Shown: positions 27,049 to 40,495, counted from the first letter of the whole stretch. The stretch is 63,002 nt of DNA, filler included, from Actinomycetota bacterium (GCA_009886115.1; 4 parts of 4 records of this genome joined end to end with filler, not necessarily neighbours in it), one strand, 5' to 3'. Numbers and translations: made by a program. Notes: generated from the sequence alone by a model not told the origin.

Positions 27049-28230
27049 TTATGGTCGTTTGCGATTCTTGTTGTTGGAGCCCTTGGGCGTGACTCGACCC
27101 GAACCGGCCGACTGTCCACCCGGACCCTTCCTCGCCGTCCCCGACGAACCGGACCCCGGTTTCGACGGCTTGGTCGATTTCCCCAGGTCCGGCTTCTTGG
27201 CGGCCGATCGAGCCGACGCGGACGACGGTTTCTCCAACGACGGTGGCGTCGCCGGAGGCTTGGCGGCGCGTTTCCAGGGCAGCGCGGGCTTCACGTCGGT
27301 ACCCGACGAGCGGTCGGCCTCGGCGATCGCCGTCTTCTTGGACGACGAGCCGGTGTCTCGAGCGGAGTCCGCCGCGGAATCTCCGTCATTCTCATCACGG
27401 ACCTTGATGGGCGGCATCTTCACCTCGCGGTTGAACACCAGCCGCTGCTGACCGATCTGCCACAGGTTGCCGACGAGGAAGTACAAGACGATGCCAGAAG
27501 GCATCCCGAAGGAGATGAATCCCATGATCAGCGGGAAGATCTTCGAGATCATCTGTATCTGCTGCGCCTGGGCGCTCGGTGCGGCGTCCTTCTGCTGGGC
27601 CTGCATCATCCGGCCCTGGTACAGACCCGTGAGGATCACCAGCGCGATCAGCACGAAGTAGGGGAGGGCCTGGGTGAACCCGTCGAAACCACCGTCGGGC
27701 CCGTCACTCGCCTTGACGAACATGTCCATGCCCAGGAACTTCGCCGGGTTCGGGAACGGCGCCTTCTTGCACGCGTCCACCGCGGCCAAGACGCCATCGG
27801 CGCCCACGCAGATCTTGGCGAACAGCTCCGATGCCCCGGGGATGTGCTGCGCGGGCTCGCGCAACACCCGGAACAGCGCGAAGAAGATCGGCATCTGGAG
27901 CAGGATGGGCAGGCACCCGGCCGCCGGGTTGATCTGATTCTCTTTGTAGAACTTGAGGGTTTCCTCGTTGAGCTTTTGACGATCGTCGCCGTACTTGGCC
28001 TTCAGGCGCTTGATCTCGGGCGCCATCTGGCTCATCCGCTTCATCGAGCGGACCTGCTTGGCCGTTAGCGGGAACAGCAGCAGGCGCACGGCGATCGTGA
28101 GCAGGATGATCGAGATGCCGTAGTTGGGGATGAGCCCGTAGAAGAACGCCAGCAGGGACCCGAGGCCATCGACGAGCGAGTCGAAGATGGCGATGGCCAC
28201 CACGGTGGCACCGGTCAACGAGGAGAGCAT
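27049..28230 (-). CDS. yidC: Membrane protein insertase YidC
   Basis: [43 protein letters not shown]. Confidence 0.95.
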   Translation of the reverse strand: MLSSLTGATVVAIAIFDSLVDGLGSLLAFFYGLIPNYGISIILLTIAVRLLLFPLTAKQVRSMKRMSQMAPEIKRLKAKYGDDRQKLNEETLKFYKENQINPAAGCLPILLQMPIFFALFRVLREPAQHIPGASELFAKICVGADGVLAAVDACKKAPFPNPAKFLGMDMFVKASDGPDGGFDGFTQALPYFVLIALVILTGLYQGRMMQAQQKDAAPSAQAQQIQMISKIFPLIMGFISFGMPSGIVLYFLVGNLWQIGQQRLVFNREVKMPPIKVRDENDGDSAADSARDTGSSSKKTAIAEADRSSGTDVKPALPWKRAAKPPATPPSLEKPSSASARSAAKKPDLGKSTKPSKPGSGSSGTARKGPGGQSAGSGRVTPKGSNNKNRKRP

Positions 28231-28622
28231 GGTGATCCCACTTCGTCGGGGACCGAGAAGTCATCGGCCCGGAGAGGGTGAAGATGGTCGAGCGAACTGG
28301 TGTTCGAGCACCCGGACGGGGCGTGCGCTGCTCGCGGGGGAACGGGATCGAGGCCGCTGCCGCCCCAGGGATGGCAGCGACCGATCCGTCGCAGTGCCAT
28401 CCACGAACCCCGAATCGCACCCCACCCCGAGACCGCGTCGAGCGCATACTGCGAGCACGTGGGCCAGTACCGGCACCGATTGGGCACCAGGCGGGAAAAC
28501 CATCGGTACCCCCTGATGATCCCGAGCAGCACGCGAGCCGGAACTGCTGGTCGGGGGTTGTGAGCAGCCTCCAGACCCGGGTGCATTCGGGCCTCAGGCT
28601 CGACACCCACCACGGTGCTCAT
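28215..28622 (-). CDS. yidD: Membrane protein insertion efficiency factor YidD
   Basis: [11 protein letters not shown]...[17 protein letters not shown]. Confidence 0.93.
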   Translation of the reverse strand: MSTVVGVEPEARMHPGLEAAHNPRPAVPARVLLGIIRGYRWFSRLVPNRCRYWPTCSQYALDAVSGWGAIRGSWMALRRIGRCHPWGGSGLDPVPPRAAHAPSGCSNTSSLDHLHPLRADDFSVPDEVGSPCSPR

Positions 28623-28948
28623 CGGGCGTCCCGCACGGCGCTCAGCGCCGACCCGACGTGCCCCGACAGCTCGGTGTAACTCATCGAGACCGCCGCCGGA
28701 CCAACACTCAGGAGATACGAACCCCCGGCGACGAGGGACCCGACGTGCTGGTGAACACACGTCCGGAGACGTCTCCGGACGCGGTTGCGCTCCACAGCGG
28801 AACCCACGCGCTTTCCGATCGCGTAGGCGACGCGCGGCGGCATGATCGAGTCGGTACGCACGAGGGTCACCGACACCGGACCTCGGCGGTGACGGATACC
28901 CGTTGCGAACGACCGGAAGGTGGCCCGGTCCCTGACACGCCAGATCAG
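28619..28948 (-). CDS. rnpA: RNase P protein component (probable CTG start)
   Basis: [28 protein letters not shown] overlap with rpmH stop. Confidence 0.9.
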   Translation of the reverse strand: MIWRVRDRATFRSFATGIRHRRGPVSVTLVRTDSIMPPRVAYAIGKRVGSAVERNRVRRRLRTCVHQHVGSLVAGGSYLLSVGPAAVSMSYTELSGHVGSALSAVRDAR

Positions 28949-29079
28949 GCCGACAGTCGCTCCCGGCCCTTGCGGCGCCGGGCAGCCAGGACAGCACGTC
29001 CTGCACGGGTACTCATGCGTACCCGAAACCCATGCGTCTTCTTGCGCTTGCGATTGTTCGGCTGGAACGTGCGCTTCAC
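28945..29079 (-). CDS. rpmH: 50S ribosomal protein L34 (not in ORF track)
   Basis: GTG start, [44 protein letters not shown]. Confidence 0.98.
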   Translation of the reverse strand: MKRTFQPNNRKRKKTHGFRVRMSTRAGRAVLAARRRKGRERLSA

Positions 29080-29541
29080 AGTGTTGTCTCCTGGACGATC
29101 CGCAAACACCCACCCCATCGGGGCCGTGCGAGCGTTGGGATTCCGGCCGTGCGACTCGCAGGAGGCTGGCCGAATCCCGAGGAACCCGCTTCGGGCGAAT
29201 CGGATCAGGTGTCCCGACCGCCGACGAATGCCGTGTTCGACGCACAGACGCGTCGATCAGCGGCGAAGTGTACCGGCTGCCATGACCTCGGTCACACTCG
29301 GCCCTCGGGCGTCTGGCTGGGCTCGCCGCGGGCTCGTTCGACCTCGCTTGCGACGTTCGAGGACCGCACGATCCGGCGCCCGGTCATGTTGAGTGCGCGA
29401 GGGTCGCCTGATAGCGTGCGCCCCGCTCCAACGGCCGGGTTGGTCCCCCACAGGAACGCCGGCGACCACTTCCCCGCGGCGCCGACCCACAACTCGCGAG
29501 CCTCATTCTGTGAACGCCGCCTCGAAGGAGGTGGCCAGGAC

Positions 29542-31020
29542 GTGTTCCTATCGTCCACACCTGTGGAAGAACCTGTGGAAAACGCAGCATCCGACGCCAG
29601 CTCGTCCCCCGAGCTCACAGCTACAGCACTCTGGGAACGAGGCGCGTCGGCGCTCCGTTCGCATCTCAGCGACGCGACCTGGCTGACCTGGTTCGAAGGG
29701 GTCCGGGCGCTGCGCCTCGAGGACGAGACCCTGTTCCTCGCCGTGCCGAGCACCGTCGTTCGCGACCGGATCTCATCCACGTACAACGGTCTCATCCGTG
29801 ACGTGCTCCGAGAGGCTGTCGGCGAAGAGCTCCAGATCGAGCTGGTGGTCGAGGTTCCCAAGCGCGACCCCGATGCGTCGAGTCGCTCCGTGCCGGCCGA
29901 CCATCGGTCGGTCGGACCAACGGCCAAGGCCGTCGAACCCGTCACGACCGAAGCGCTACCACTGACGACTCGAGCCACCACCGACCCTCTGAACCCGCGG
30001 TATTCGTTCGAGGAGTTCGTCATCGGCGCGTCGAACCGGTTCGCCTGGGCCGCGGCGCTCTCGGTGGCTGAGACCCCGGCCAAGTCGTACAACCCTTTGT
30101 TCATCTACGGCGCTGCGGGGCTGGGCAAGACCCATCTACTCCAGGCCATCGGGCACTACGTGCTCCAGCAGTTCCCCCACATGCTGGTGCGGTACGTGTC
30201 GACCGAGACCTTCATGAACGAGTTCGTCGATGCCATCCGCACCAACACCATGCCCGACTTCAAGCGGCGCTACCGCAGCGTGAACGTCCTCCTCGTCGAC
30301 GACATCCAGTTCATGGAGAGCAAGGAAGGGCTTCAGGAGGAGTTCTTCCACACGTTCAACTCGCTGTACGAGAACCACAACCAGATCGTCATCTCGTCCG
30401 ACCGGCCCCCGAACAGCATCGCCACGCTGGAGGATCGCCTCCGCACCCGGTTCGGCTGGGGGCTCATCACCGACATCCAGCCACCAGAGTTCGAGACCCG
30501 CCTGGCCATCCTCCAGAAGAAGGCCGAACTGAAGGGGTTCACGGCGATTCCCGATGCCGTGTACGCGTTCATCGCGGCGCAGATCACCGACAACGTCCGC
30601 GAGCTCGAAGGGGCGCTCATCCGGGTGGCGGCCTACGCCAACCTCAACCGGGTCCGAGCGACCGCCGAGCTGGCTCGCCACGTCCTGTCCGACCTGCTTC
30701 CCAGCAGCGAACCCCGCGTGATCACGCCACAGATGATCCTCGACGAAACGGCCAAGATGTTCGGTTGGACGGTCGATGAGCTCATCGGAAAGAGCCGTCG
30801 CCGCACCCTGGTGATCGCTCGCCAGATCGGCATGTACGTCTTCCGCGAGCTCACCGACTACAGCTACCCCCAGATCGGCAAGGTCTTCGGTGGTCGAGAC
30901 CACACCACCGTCATGCACGCCGTGACCAAGATCGACGCCCTGATGGGTGAGCGCCGAGCCATCTTCGATCAGGTCAACGAGCTCACCAGCCGCATCCGTC
31001 ATGGCTCGTCCGGTTCATGA
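29542..31020 (+). CDS. dnaA: Replication initiator DnaA
   Basis: LNPRYSFEEFVIGASNRFA, YNPLFIYGAAGLGKTHL, DDIQF, GGRDHTTVMHA; AAGGAGGT before GTG 29542 (GTG 29575 is an alternative). Confidence 0.97.
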   Translation: MFLSSTPVEEPVENAASDASSSPELTATALWERGASALRSHLSDATWLTWFEGVRALRLEDETLFLAVPSTVVRDRISSTYNGLIRDVLREAVGEELQIELVVEVPKRDPDASSRSVPADHRSVGPTAKAVEPVTTEALPLTTRATTDPLNPRYSFEEFVIGASNRFAWAAALSVAETPAKSYNPLFIYGAAGLGKTHLLQAIGHYVLQQFPHMLVRYVSTETFMNEFVDAIRTNTMPDFKRRYRSVNVLLVDDIQFMESKEGLQEEFFHTFNSLYENHNQIVISSDRPPNSIATLEDRLRTRFGWGLITDIQPPEFETRLAILQKKAELKGFTAIPDAVYAFIAAQITDNVRELEGALIRVAAYANLNRVRATAELARHVLSDLLPSSEPRVITPQMILDETAKMFGWTVDELIGKSRRRTLVIARQIGMYVFRELTDYSYPQIGKVFGGRDHTTVMHAVTKIDALMGERRAIFDQVNELTSRIRHGSSGS

Positions 31021-31250
31021 CCTGTGGATAACCTTGTGGACATCTGGGGACAGAGTCACCCTGAGATGTGGAGGAACCCCATGAAATATCATGGTTGTGA
31101 CTCCGAGGGTGGGGGTGACTGTGGACGACCACGGGACAACAATTTACGCTCTGACCTGCAGACTTCGTCAGTTGTCCACAATCCACAGGCCTTATTACTG
31201 CTGACCTTGAATTTCAATTCTTCTTACCCCTACAAAGAATGGAGCCCGAC
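31021..31250. other. oriC (dnaA-dnaN intergenic)
   Basis: DnaA boxes TGTGGATAA 31023, TGTGGACAT 31035, TGTGGACGA 31120, TTGTCCACA 31172 plus overlapping AATCCACA, then GGCC, TTATTACTGCTG and an AT-rich stretch. Confidence 0.9.
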
Positions 31251-32345
31251 GTGAAGTTTCGCTGCGATCGTCTCGCGCTCGTCGAGGCCATTGGCACCGC
31301 CCTCCGTGCTGTCACCTCCCGCTCGGCCGCCATGCCTGTCCTCTCCGGGCTTCTCGTACGCACCGGTGACGGATGTGTCGAGCTCATCGGCTCCGACCTC
31401 GAGCTCACCATCGAGACCTCGGTGCCGGTGGACGTGCTCGTCCCTGGCGCGGCCGTGGTGCCCAAGCTCGTGGGCGACATCGTGAAGTCGATGTCGGCGG
31501 CGACGGTCACGATCGAGATCCAAGACGACGAGGCCACGATCTCAGCCGACCGTTCCGAGTTCAGGATCCCGGTGCTACCCGTCGAGGACTTCCCCCGACT
31601 GCCCGCGATCGAGCTCGCCGGCGTGGTGGTCGCCGGCGCCGTGCTGAGTGAGGCGCTGCGGCAGGTCGTTCCGGCGGCTTCTCGCGACGACGCCCGTCCG
31701 ATCCTCACCGGTGTGCTCTTCGAGTCCGATCCCAACGGGCTCCGGCTCGTGGCCACCGACTCGTACCGCCTGGCTGTGCGTGACCTGCCCGGAGAGCACC
31801 TGTTGGAGGAGGGTCGCCGCGTGCTCGTGCCCGCCAAGGCCCTCGCCGAGCTCCTGCGTGTGCTCGGAACCAACGACGTCACCGTGGTGCTCGGCACCCG
31901 TGAGGCTCAGTTCGTGGCCGGTTCGACGCGTGTGACCACTCGTTTGATCGAGGGTGAGTTCCCCAACTACCGCCAACTCCTCCCCAACGACTATCCGAAC
32001 CGCTTGACCTTGGCCAAGGAGCCCTTCGCCGACGCCGTGCGTCGGGTTCGTCTCGTGGCCCAGGGCCGTGACAACACGCCGGTGAAGCTCTCGCTGTCGA
32101 GCGAAGGCATCGAGCTCACGGCCAGCGCCCAGGATGTCGGCCGGGCCTTCGAGTCCCTCGACGCCAAGTACGAGGGCACCGAGATGACCGTGGCCTTCAA
32201 CCCGGAGTTCCTCATCGACGGGCTCAACGCCATCGACGGCGCCGAGGTCTACCTGGACACGCTCGATGGCCTGAAGCCGGCAACGCTCAAGAGCGCTGAA
32301 CACGGCAACTACACCTATCTGCTGATGCCTGTCCGTATCCCGTGA
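31251..32345 (+). CDS. dnaN: DNA polymerase III beta clamp
   Basis: SDLE, RPILTGV, ATDSYRL, EGEFPNY, AFNPEFL, YLLMPVR. Confidence 0.97.
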   Translation: MKFRCDRLALVEAIGTALRAVTSRSAAMPVLSGLLVRTGDGCVELIGSDLELTIETSVPVDVLVPGAAVVPKLVGDIVKSMSAATVTIEIQDDEATISADRSEFRIPVLPVEDFPRLPAIELAGVVVAGAVLSEALRQVVPAASRDDARPILTGVLFESDPNGLRLVATDSYRLAVRDLPGEHLLEEGRRVLVPAKALAELLRVLGTNDVTVVLGTREAQFVAGSTRVTTRLIEGEFPNYRQLLPNDYPNRLTLAKEPFADAVRRVRLVAQGRDNTPVKLSLSSEGIELTASAQDVGRAFESLDAKYEGTEMTVAFNPEFLIDGLNAIDGAEVYLDTLDGLKPATLKSAEHGNYTYLLMPVRIP

Positions 32346-32381
32346 CGGTCCGGGGCGGCTGAGGACGGGCGTCGACCACGG

Positions 32382-33524
32382 ATGGTGCTGCTCCAGCGGC
32401 TCTGGCTCCAGGATTTCCGCTGCTACGAAGAGCTCGACATCGAGCCCGGCTCGGGGGTGACCCTCGTGGTCGGTGCGAACGGCCAAGGCAAGACCAGCCT
32501 GCTCGAGGCACTCTCGTGGTTGGCGGCAGGACGATCGTTTCGAGGAGTTCCCGACAGCGCGCTGGTTCGGACGTCGGCGTCGGCCGCGATCATCCGGGCG
32601 GTGGTGACCCGGTCCGGTCATGACCGGACCGTCGAGGTCGAGATCGCTCCCGGAGGCCGGACCCGGATCCAAGTCAACGGAACCCGGGTGCCGCGCCTGC
32701 GGGCCCTGGCCGAGACCGTGACCACGACGGTGTTCTCCCCCGACGATCTTCAACTCATCAAAGGTGGTCCAGCCCTTCGGCGCGAGTACCTCGATGACCT
32801 CCTGGGTGTCCTCGCTCCTCGTTACGATGCAGCGAGCCGTGATCTCGAGCGAATCCTCAAGCAGCGCAACGCCTTGCTACGGGGTGGGGTTCGCTCAGCC
32901 GACGATCGCGCGACGCTCGAGGTCTGGGACGCGCAGCTGGCTCGGGTCTCGGGCGTGATCGTCGACGGCCGCCTCCGCCTCCTGGACCGCCTCGCGACGC
33001 CCCTGCGGGAGAGCTACCGGGAGCTGGCCGGCACGGCCGACCAGACCCGCACGAACGACGCGCACGGTGTCTACGTGACCGACTGGGCCGACGTGTCGAC
33101 GTGTCAGGCCTCGTCGGGGGCTGAGCGCATCGACCGCCTGGGTGCCGACTTGCTGGGAGCCCTGGAGCGACTGCGGCCCAAGGAGATCGTTCGCGAGACG
33201 ACCCTGGCCGGTCCCCAGCGCGACGAGTGGGACCTCTTCGTGAACGAGCTCCCGGCCCGCACCCACGCCTCGCAGGGCGAACAACGGTCGCTCGCTCTGG
33301 CGTTGCGCCTGGCGGGCCACGGGACGGTTGTCGAGGTCACGGGGGAGGCGCCTCTCCTCCTGCTCGATGACGTCTTCAGCGAGCTCGATCCGGGGCGTAC
33401 AGCCGCCCTGGTGACGAATCTTCCCAAGGCTCAGGCCATCGTGACCACTGCCGGGCTCCTTCCCGAAGGCCTCAGGGCCGACGCCGTCGTACGGATCCAC
33501 GGTGGCCGCCTGGTGGGGTTGTGA
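32382..33524 (+). CDS. recF: RecF
   Basis: GANGQGKTSLLEA, GGPALRREYLD, ASQGEQRS, LLLDDVFSELD. Confidence 0.97.
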   Translation: MVLLQRLWLQDFRCYEELDIEPGSGVTLVVGANGQGKTSLLEALSWLAAGRSFRGVPDSALVRTSASAAIIRAVVTRSGHDRTVEVEIAPGGRTRIQVNGTRVPRLRALAETVTTTVFSPDDLQLIKGGPALRREYLDDLLGVLAPRYDAASRDLERILKQRNALLRGGVRSADDRATLEVWDAQLARVSGVIVDGRLRLLDRLATPLRESYRELAGTADQTRTNDAHGVYVTDWADVSTCQASSGAERIDRLGADLLGALERLRPKEIVRETTLAGPQRDEWDLFVNELPARTHASQGEQRSLALALRLAGHGTVVEVTGEAPLLLLDDVFSELDPGRTAALVTNLPKAQAIVTTAGLLPEGLRADAVVRIHGGRLVGL

Positions 33525-33826
33525 ACGAGCGGCCGGTACGGCGCCTCGGAGATGCGCTCAACGACGTGGCCCGCTCGCTCGGCATGCCCGAGCCCGATGG
33601 GCTGAGTCGGATCATGGCGGCGTGGAGCGAGCTGGTGGGCGAGGCCGTCGCTCGTCACGCCCGCCCGGGACGCCTCCGTGACCACGTGCTGACCGTCGAG
33701 GTCGACGGGGGTGAATGGGTCACGCAGCTGCGCTACCTGGAGTCGTCGATGGTCTCGGCCATCACGGAGCGTGTCGGTGCGGGACTCGTCGAGCGTGTGA
33801 CGTTCGTGGTCGCCCGGCCCGTGTGA
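33521..33826 (+). CDS. dciA: DUF721 / DciA helicase-loader family protein
   Basis: WSELVGEAVARHARP...LTVEVD...WVTQLRY; between recF and gyrB. Confidence 0.85.
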   Translation: MNERPVRRLGDALNDVARSLGMPEPDGLSRIMAAWSELVGEAVARHARPGRLRDHVLTVEVDGGEWVTQLRYLESSMVSAITERVGAGLVERVTFVVARPV

Positions 33827-34042
33827 GAAGCCCCGCCGAAACCCGGGTGGTGTCCACGGTTCCGGGCGCTCGATCTGGTACGATTGACCGAGATTGATCC
33901 GTAGTTGACCTGCGGTTTCGCGCTGATCGGCTGCGATTCGGAAACGACAGACCACGATCCCGTCCCGAGCGCCGTTCTGGATCCGGTCGACCGTCCGACC
34001 CGAGGGTTCGGAGGTTCGCCCGGGGTCGGCATTTGCGGTTGA

Positions 34043-36049
<2,007 letters not shown>

Positions 36050-36099
36050 CGCCGTCACACCGGCCGCCACCACGACGAAGCGACGTCGGGGCCTGGCCA

Positions 36100-36147
36100 G
36101 CCGTACAGCGACACCGCCGTACAGCGACACCGCCACACAGCGACACT
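36100..36147. repeat. 16-bp tandem repeat x3 between gyrB and gyrA
   Basis: GCCGTACAGCGACACC twice, then GCCACACAGCGACACT. Confidence 0.85.
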
Positions 36148-36172
36148 TCTGGGAACGACGAGGGGCGCACCG

Positions 36173-38806
36173 ATGCCGGACACAGGCTCACAGCAGGACT
36201 TCGGCCACGTCAACGTGGAACCGGTCGAGATCCAAGAGGAGATGGAGCGGTCCTTCCTCGACTATGCGATGTCGGTCATCACGGCCCGGGCCCTCCCCGA
36301 CGCCCGTGACGGGTTGAAGCCGGTCCACCGTCGGATTCTCTATGGCATGTTCGAGGACCGCATGCTCCCCGACCGGGCCCGAAAGAAGTCGGCCACGGCC
36401 GTCGGGTACGTGATGGGCCGCTATCACCCTCACGGCGACACCGCGATTTACGACGCCCTGGCCCGCATGGCCCAGGACTTCTCGCTGCGCTACCCGTTGG
36501 TCGACGGCAAGGGGAACTTCGGATCGCCCGACGACCGTCCGGCGGCGATGCGCTACACCGAGTCGAAGCTCTCACGGCTGGCCATGCACCTGATCGGGGA
36601 GATCGACGAGGACACCGTCGACTTCACGGCGAACTACGACGGCTCCCAGCAAGAGCCCGTGGTCCTGCCGGCTCGCTACCCGAACATGCTCGTCAACGGG
36701 GGCGGCGGGATCGCCGTCGGCATGGCCACCAACATCCCGCCCCACAACCTCCGAGAGGTGATCGACGCCACGCTGCACGTCATCGACCATCCGCAAGCGA
36801 CGCCCGACGATCTGATGGCCTTCGTGAGGGCGCCCGACTTCCCGACCCGGGCCCAGATCCTCGGCCGGTCGGGCATCATCGAGGCGTACCGCACCGGACG
36901 GGGCTCGATCCGCATGCGGGCCCTGGCCGAGATCGAGGCCACGTCCACGGGTATGCAACGCATCGTCGTGACCGAGATCCCGTACCAGACCTCGGTGGAG
37001 GGCATCGCCACCAAGATCGAGGAGCTGGTCAACGAGCGCCGGATCGAGGGCATCCGCGACCTGCGCAACGAGTCGGCGGGCAACGACATCCGGCTCGTCG
37101 TCGAGCTCAAGCGCGACGCCAACGCGCAGGTCGTCCTCAACCAGCTCTACAAGAACACCCCGCTGCAGAGCAGCTTCGCGATGAACATGGTGGCGCTCGT
37201 CGACGGAGTACCGAGGCTGCTCAACCTGGCGCAGGCGCTCACGGTCTACGTGAACCACCAGATCGTGGTGATCACCCGGCGCTCGGAGTTCCGACTGCGC
37301 AAGGCCCGCGATCGAGCCCACATCGTCGAGGGTCTGCTGCGGGCCCTCGACATGATCGACGCCATCATCACCGTCATCCGGGGATCGGCCGACGTCGACA
37401 CGGCCCGAACGGCACTGATCGCCGAGCCCTTCTCGTTCAGCGAGGTGCAGGCCAACTACATCCTCGACATGCAGCTGCGGCGCCTCACGGGTCTCGAGGG
37501 TCAGAAACTCCGTGAGGAGCACGAGGAGCTCGTGGGCAAGATCGCCGAGCTCGAGGCGATCCTGGCCGACGACGGCATGCTGCGCGGTGTCATCAAGGAG
37601 GAGCTCGGCGCCATTCGCGAGGAGTTCGGCGACGATCGGCGATCGCAGCTCGTGCACGATCCCGGTGAGATGGACGTGCTCGACCTCATCGACGACGAGG
37701 ACCTCATCGTCATGTTGTCGAAGGGCGGCTACATCAAGGCGGTCAAGGCCGACACCTTTCGGGCCCAGGCCCGCGGCGGGCGGGGCATCGCCGGGGCCAA
37801 GCTGCGCGAGGAGGACTTCGTCGAGCATCTGCTCACGACCACGGCGCACGCCTACCTCCTGTTCTTCTCGAACCGGGGTCGGGTGTACCGGGTCCGTGCT
37901 CACGAGCTCCCCATGCTCGATCGAACGGCGCGGGGCACGGCGCTCGTCAACCTGATCCCGCTCGTGGCCGACGAGCGCATCCAGGCGGTGATCGACACCC
38001 GTACGTACGAGGACGGCGTGTTCTTGTTCTTCGCGACCAAGAACGGCATCGTGAAGAAGACGCGCATGACCGACTACGACAGCTCGTTGCGGGCCGGGCT
38101 CATCGCCGTGAAGCTCCGCGAGGACGACGAGCTCGTCCGTGTCATCCAGACCAACGGGACCGACGACATCTTGATGGTGTCGGGTTCGGGCATGACCGCG
38201 CGTTTCAGCGAAGACGACGTGCGCGCCATGGGACGTGATGCGACGGGCGTCATCGGCATGAAGCTCAAGGACGGGGAACCCATCGTGAGCTGCGACGCGG
38301 TGCAGCCCGACACCGAGCTGCTCTTCATCACGTCGGCCGGGTTCGGAAAGCGGACGCCCGTCGACCGGTTTCCCAAGCACCATCGGGGTGGGCAAGGCGT
38401 CCGGGGCATCAGGGTCACCGAGGCCCGGGGTCGCGTGGCGGCCGCGTTCATGGTGGGCCAGGATCAGGAGATACTGGTGTTCTCGTCGAGCGGGACGGTC
38501 GTCCGGGTCAGGGTGGCCGAGATCTCCTCGCAGGGTCGCGACGCCACCGGAGTGCGTCTGGCCCGAGTCGGCGAAGGCGAAGAGGTGGCTGCCGCGGCCC
38601 CGGTCCTCGACAGCGACGAAGACATCGTGAACATCGACGGTATGGAGAACATCGACGTCGAGAACATCGAGGGTGAGGGCGATTCGGAGGGAGATTCTGG
38701 GGACGACCCCGTTGGGGATACTTCCGAGGGGCTCGACGCCGGGGGCGGCGTGGCGACTTCCATCGACGAGGATGCCCCGGATGACGGCCAGAACGAGTCA
38801 TCATGA
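36173..38806 (+). CDS. gyrA: DNA gyrase subunit A
   Basis: [29 protein letters not shown], GyrA-box-like QARGGRG, acidic tail. Confidence 0.98.
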   Translation: MPDTGSQQDFGHVNVEPVEIQEEMERSFLDYAMSVITARALPDARDGLKPVHRRILYGMFEDRMLPDRARKKSATAVGYVMGRYHPHGDTAIYDALARMAQDFSLRYPLVDGKGNFGSPDDRPAAMRYTESKLSRLAMHLIGEIDEDTVDFTANYDGSQQEPVVLPARYPNMLVNGGGGIAVGMATNIPPHNLREVIDATLHVIDHPQATPDDLMAFVRAPDFPTRAQILGRSGIIEAYRTGRGSIRMRALAEIEATSTGMQRIVVTEIPYQTSVEGIATKIEELVNERRIEGIRDLRNESAGNDIRLVVELKRDANAQVVLNQLYKNTPLQSSFAMNMVALVDGVPRLLNLAQALTVYVNHQIVVITRRSEFRLRKARDRAHIVEGLLRALDMIDAIITVIRGSADVDTARTALIAEPFSFSEVQANYILDMQLRRLTGLEGQKLREEHEELVGKIAELEAILADDGMLRGVIKEELGAIREEFGDDRRSQLVHDPGEMDVLDLIDDEDLIVMLSKGGYIKAVKADTFRAQARGGRGIAGAKLREEDFVEHLLTTTAHAYLLFFSNRGRVYRVRAHELPMLDRTARGTALVNLIPLVADERIQAVIDTRTYEDGVFLFFATKNGIVKKTRMTDYDSSLRAGLIAVKLREDDELVRVIQTNGTDDILMVSGSGMTARFSEDDVRAMGRDATGVIGMKLKDGEPIVSCDAVQPDTELLFITSAGFGKRTPVDRFPKHHRGGQGVRGIRVTEARGRVAAAFMVGQDQEILVFSSSGTVVRVRVAEISSQGRDATGVRLARVGEGEEVAAAAPVLDSDEDIVNIDGMENIDVENIEGEGDSEGDSGDDPVGDTSEGLDAGGGVATSIDEDAPDDGQNESS

Positions 38807-38828
38807 GTGACGTGGAGCGAGGCGGCGG

Positions 38829-39950
38829 ATGAGCGACATCGGCACGGACGAGGCGAGCGAGGCCCCGGTGGTTCCCGACGCCGACGCCGCCCCACCGTCG
38901 GTGCCTCGGCAGTCGTCGCGGCCCGTGTCCGATTCCGGGGTGCGATCTGGGAGTCCCCAGGATTTCGGGAACGATCCGGCGAGCACCCAGGTGCACCGGC
39001 CCGTGGGCACCGCCGTCGGTGCCAGCTCCGGTCGTCCCTCGATCGCCAATGCCACGCGAGCCTTCGAGTCGGTTGCCGCATCGATTCCCTCCGGTGAGCC
39101 CGCCGCGGCTGAGCCTGCGGTGGCGCGTCCGGTGGTTCCGGCGCCGCCATCTCGTCAGCCTCTGCCACCGTCGATGCCTCGGAGCCTGCCCGAGGGATCG
39201 GGGGCCGGCACTCTGGGCCCGGCTCCGGGTTCAACGGTGCTGGCGTCGTTGCCAGGCGGCGCTTCCGGAGGCCCAGCCGCCGGAGGCCCAGCCGCGACGT
39301 CCGCTCGCGTCGGGGGCCCGAACCGCCCGGGCCCGCCGACCTCAGCGCCCAGCCGCGTGCCACCGCCAAGCCCGATCGACACCCCGTCATCAGCGGCGCC
39401 CGCCACGGTCATGGTCGGAGCGAGCCGCCGACTCGAGTCCCCCCCGCGCCCCGCGAGCCACACGTTCGTCCCCAAGACCCTCACTGCCGTCACCCCGGTC
39501 ACCTCACTCGCCAGCCGCCGCATCATTCGCCGGGTCAACCTCTGGTCGGTGCTCAAGGTCTCGGTGATCCTCTACGCAGCCCTGTTCGCGGCCTTCTCGA
39601 TCGCCGCGATCGTGGTCTGGAAAGCGGCGAACTCGTCGGGGGTTGTTACCAAGATCGAGGAGTTCATCGACGATCTGGGCTTCACGAACTTCGAGTTCGT
39701 CGGTGAGAAGATCTTCTTCAACTTCCTGCTCTTCGGCGTGCTCGGTGCCGCCCTCGCCGTCGCCGTCACCCTGCTGGCTGCCGTCATGTACAACCTCATC
39801 TCTGAGGTCGTCGGAGGCATCGAGATCACCGTCATCGAGCAGGTGGCGTTCCTCGAGGAGGCCGTGGTCGAGGAGATCCCCGAGTACGAGTTCGACGACG
39901 GCCCCGAGCCACCCCGACTGTCGTTGCGGCGGCTGCTCGGTCGAGGTTGA
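38829..39950 (+). CDS. DUF3566 membrane protein with long Pro/Ala/Ser-rich N-terminus
   Basis: IRRVNLWSVLKVS...MYNLISEVVGGIEIT; conserved position after gyrA. Confidence 0.85.
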   Translation: MSDIGTDEASEAPVVPDADAAPPSVPRQSSRPVSDSGVRSGSPQDFGNDPASTQVHRPVGTAVGASSGRPSIANATRAFESVAASIPSGEPAAAEPAVARPVVPAPPSRQPLPPSMPRSLPEGSGAGTLGPAPGSTVLASLPGGASGGPAAGGPAATSARVGGPNRPGPPTSAPSRVPPPSPIDTPSSAAPATVMVGASRRLESPPRPASHTFVPKTLTAVTPVTSLASRRIIRRVNLWSVLKVSVILYAALFAAFSIAAIVVWKAANSSGVVTKIEEFIDDLGFTNFEFVGEKIFFNFLLFGVLGAALAVAVTLLAAVMYNLISEVVGGIEITVIEQVAFLEEAVVEEIPEYEFDDGPEPPRLSLRRLLGRG

Positions 39951-40003
39951 CCCATTGCTTGGGAACAGCGCTGGGTCCCGCTGCTACGATCGGCCGGCCC
40001 TCG

Positions 40004-40077
40004 GGGGCTATAGCTCAGTCGGTTAGAGCGCATCCCTGATAAGGATGAGGTCGCAAGTTCGATTCTTGCTAGCCCCA
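40004..40077 (+). tRNA. tRNA-Ile (GAT)
   Basis: GGGGCTA/TAGCCCC acceptor stem, CATCC-CTGATAA-GGATG anticodon arm, GTTCGA T loop; CCA not encoded. Confidence 0.97.
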
Positions 40078-40269
40078 CAAACACGGACAACCTGCAGGTC
40101 AGAGGCACCGAGTTGTCGAGCAGCACCGCTGGTGTACGCTAGCGCAGCGCTCGAACAACTGATTACTCCACCATTTTGGAGGTGCGGTGGAAACGCCTCT
40201 GGCCCCAGCTGCGGGTTCGATCCTCCGCCTCGCCGAGTCCTGGCGGCGGAGCCTCGAAGCCTCCAACCG

Positions 40270-40369
40270 NNNNNNNNNNNNNNNNNNNNNNNNNNNNNNN
40301 NNNNNNNNNNNNNTTAATTAATTAANNNNNNNNNNNNNNNNNNNNNNNNNNNNNNNNNNNNNNNNNNNN
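40270..40369. other. Artificial contig spacer
   Basis: N-run, TTAATTAATTAA, N-run. Confidence 0.98.
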
Positions 40370-40371
40370 CG

Positions 40372-40422
40372 CCAACGCCGACGCCCCCCGAGCCGACGGA
40401 AGCGCCGACGCCGCCGCCGTGA
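40372..40422 (+). CDS. Pro/Thr-rich C-terminal tail of a gene lost at the gap
   Basis: PTPTPPEPTEAPTPPP* with GC-ending codons. Confidence 0.4.
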   Translation, partial: PTPTPPEPTEAPTPPP

Positions 40423-40495
40423 CCATCGCGCCCCGACGGGTGGGCCGACGAGCCCGGCCCGCGAGCCGCGAGCCGGACGCGCCATCGCGACCCGC

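Noticed and set aside
40200..40260. GCGGGTTCGATCC after tRNA-Ile as the expected tRNA-Ala
   Set aside because: T-loop-like motif only; no D arm, anticodon arm or acceptor stem could be built
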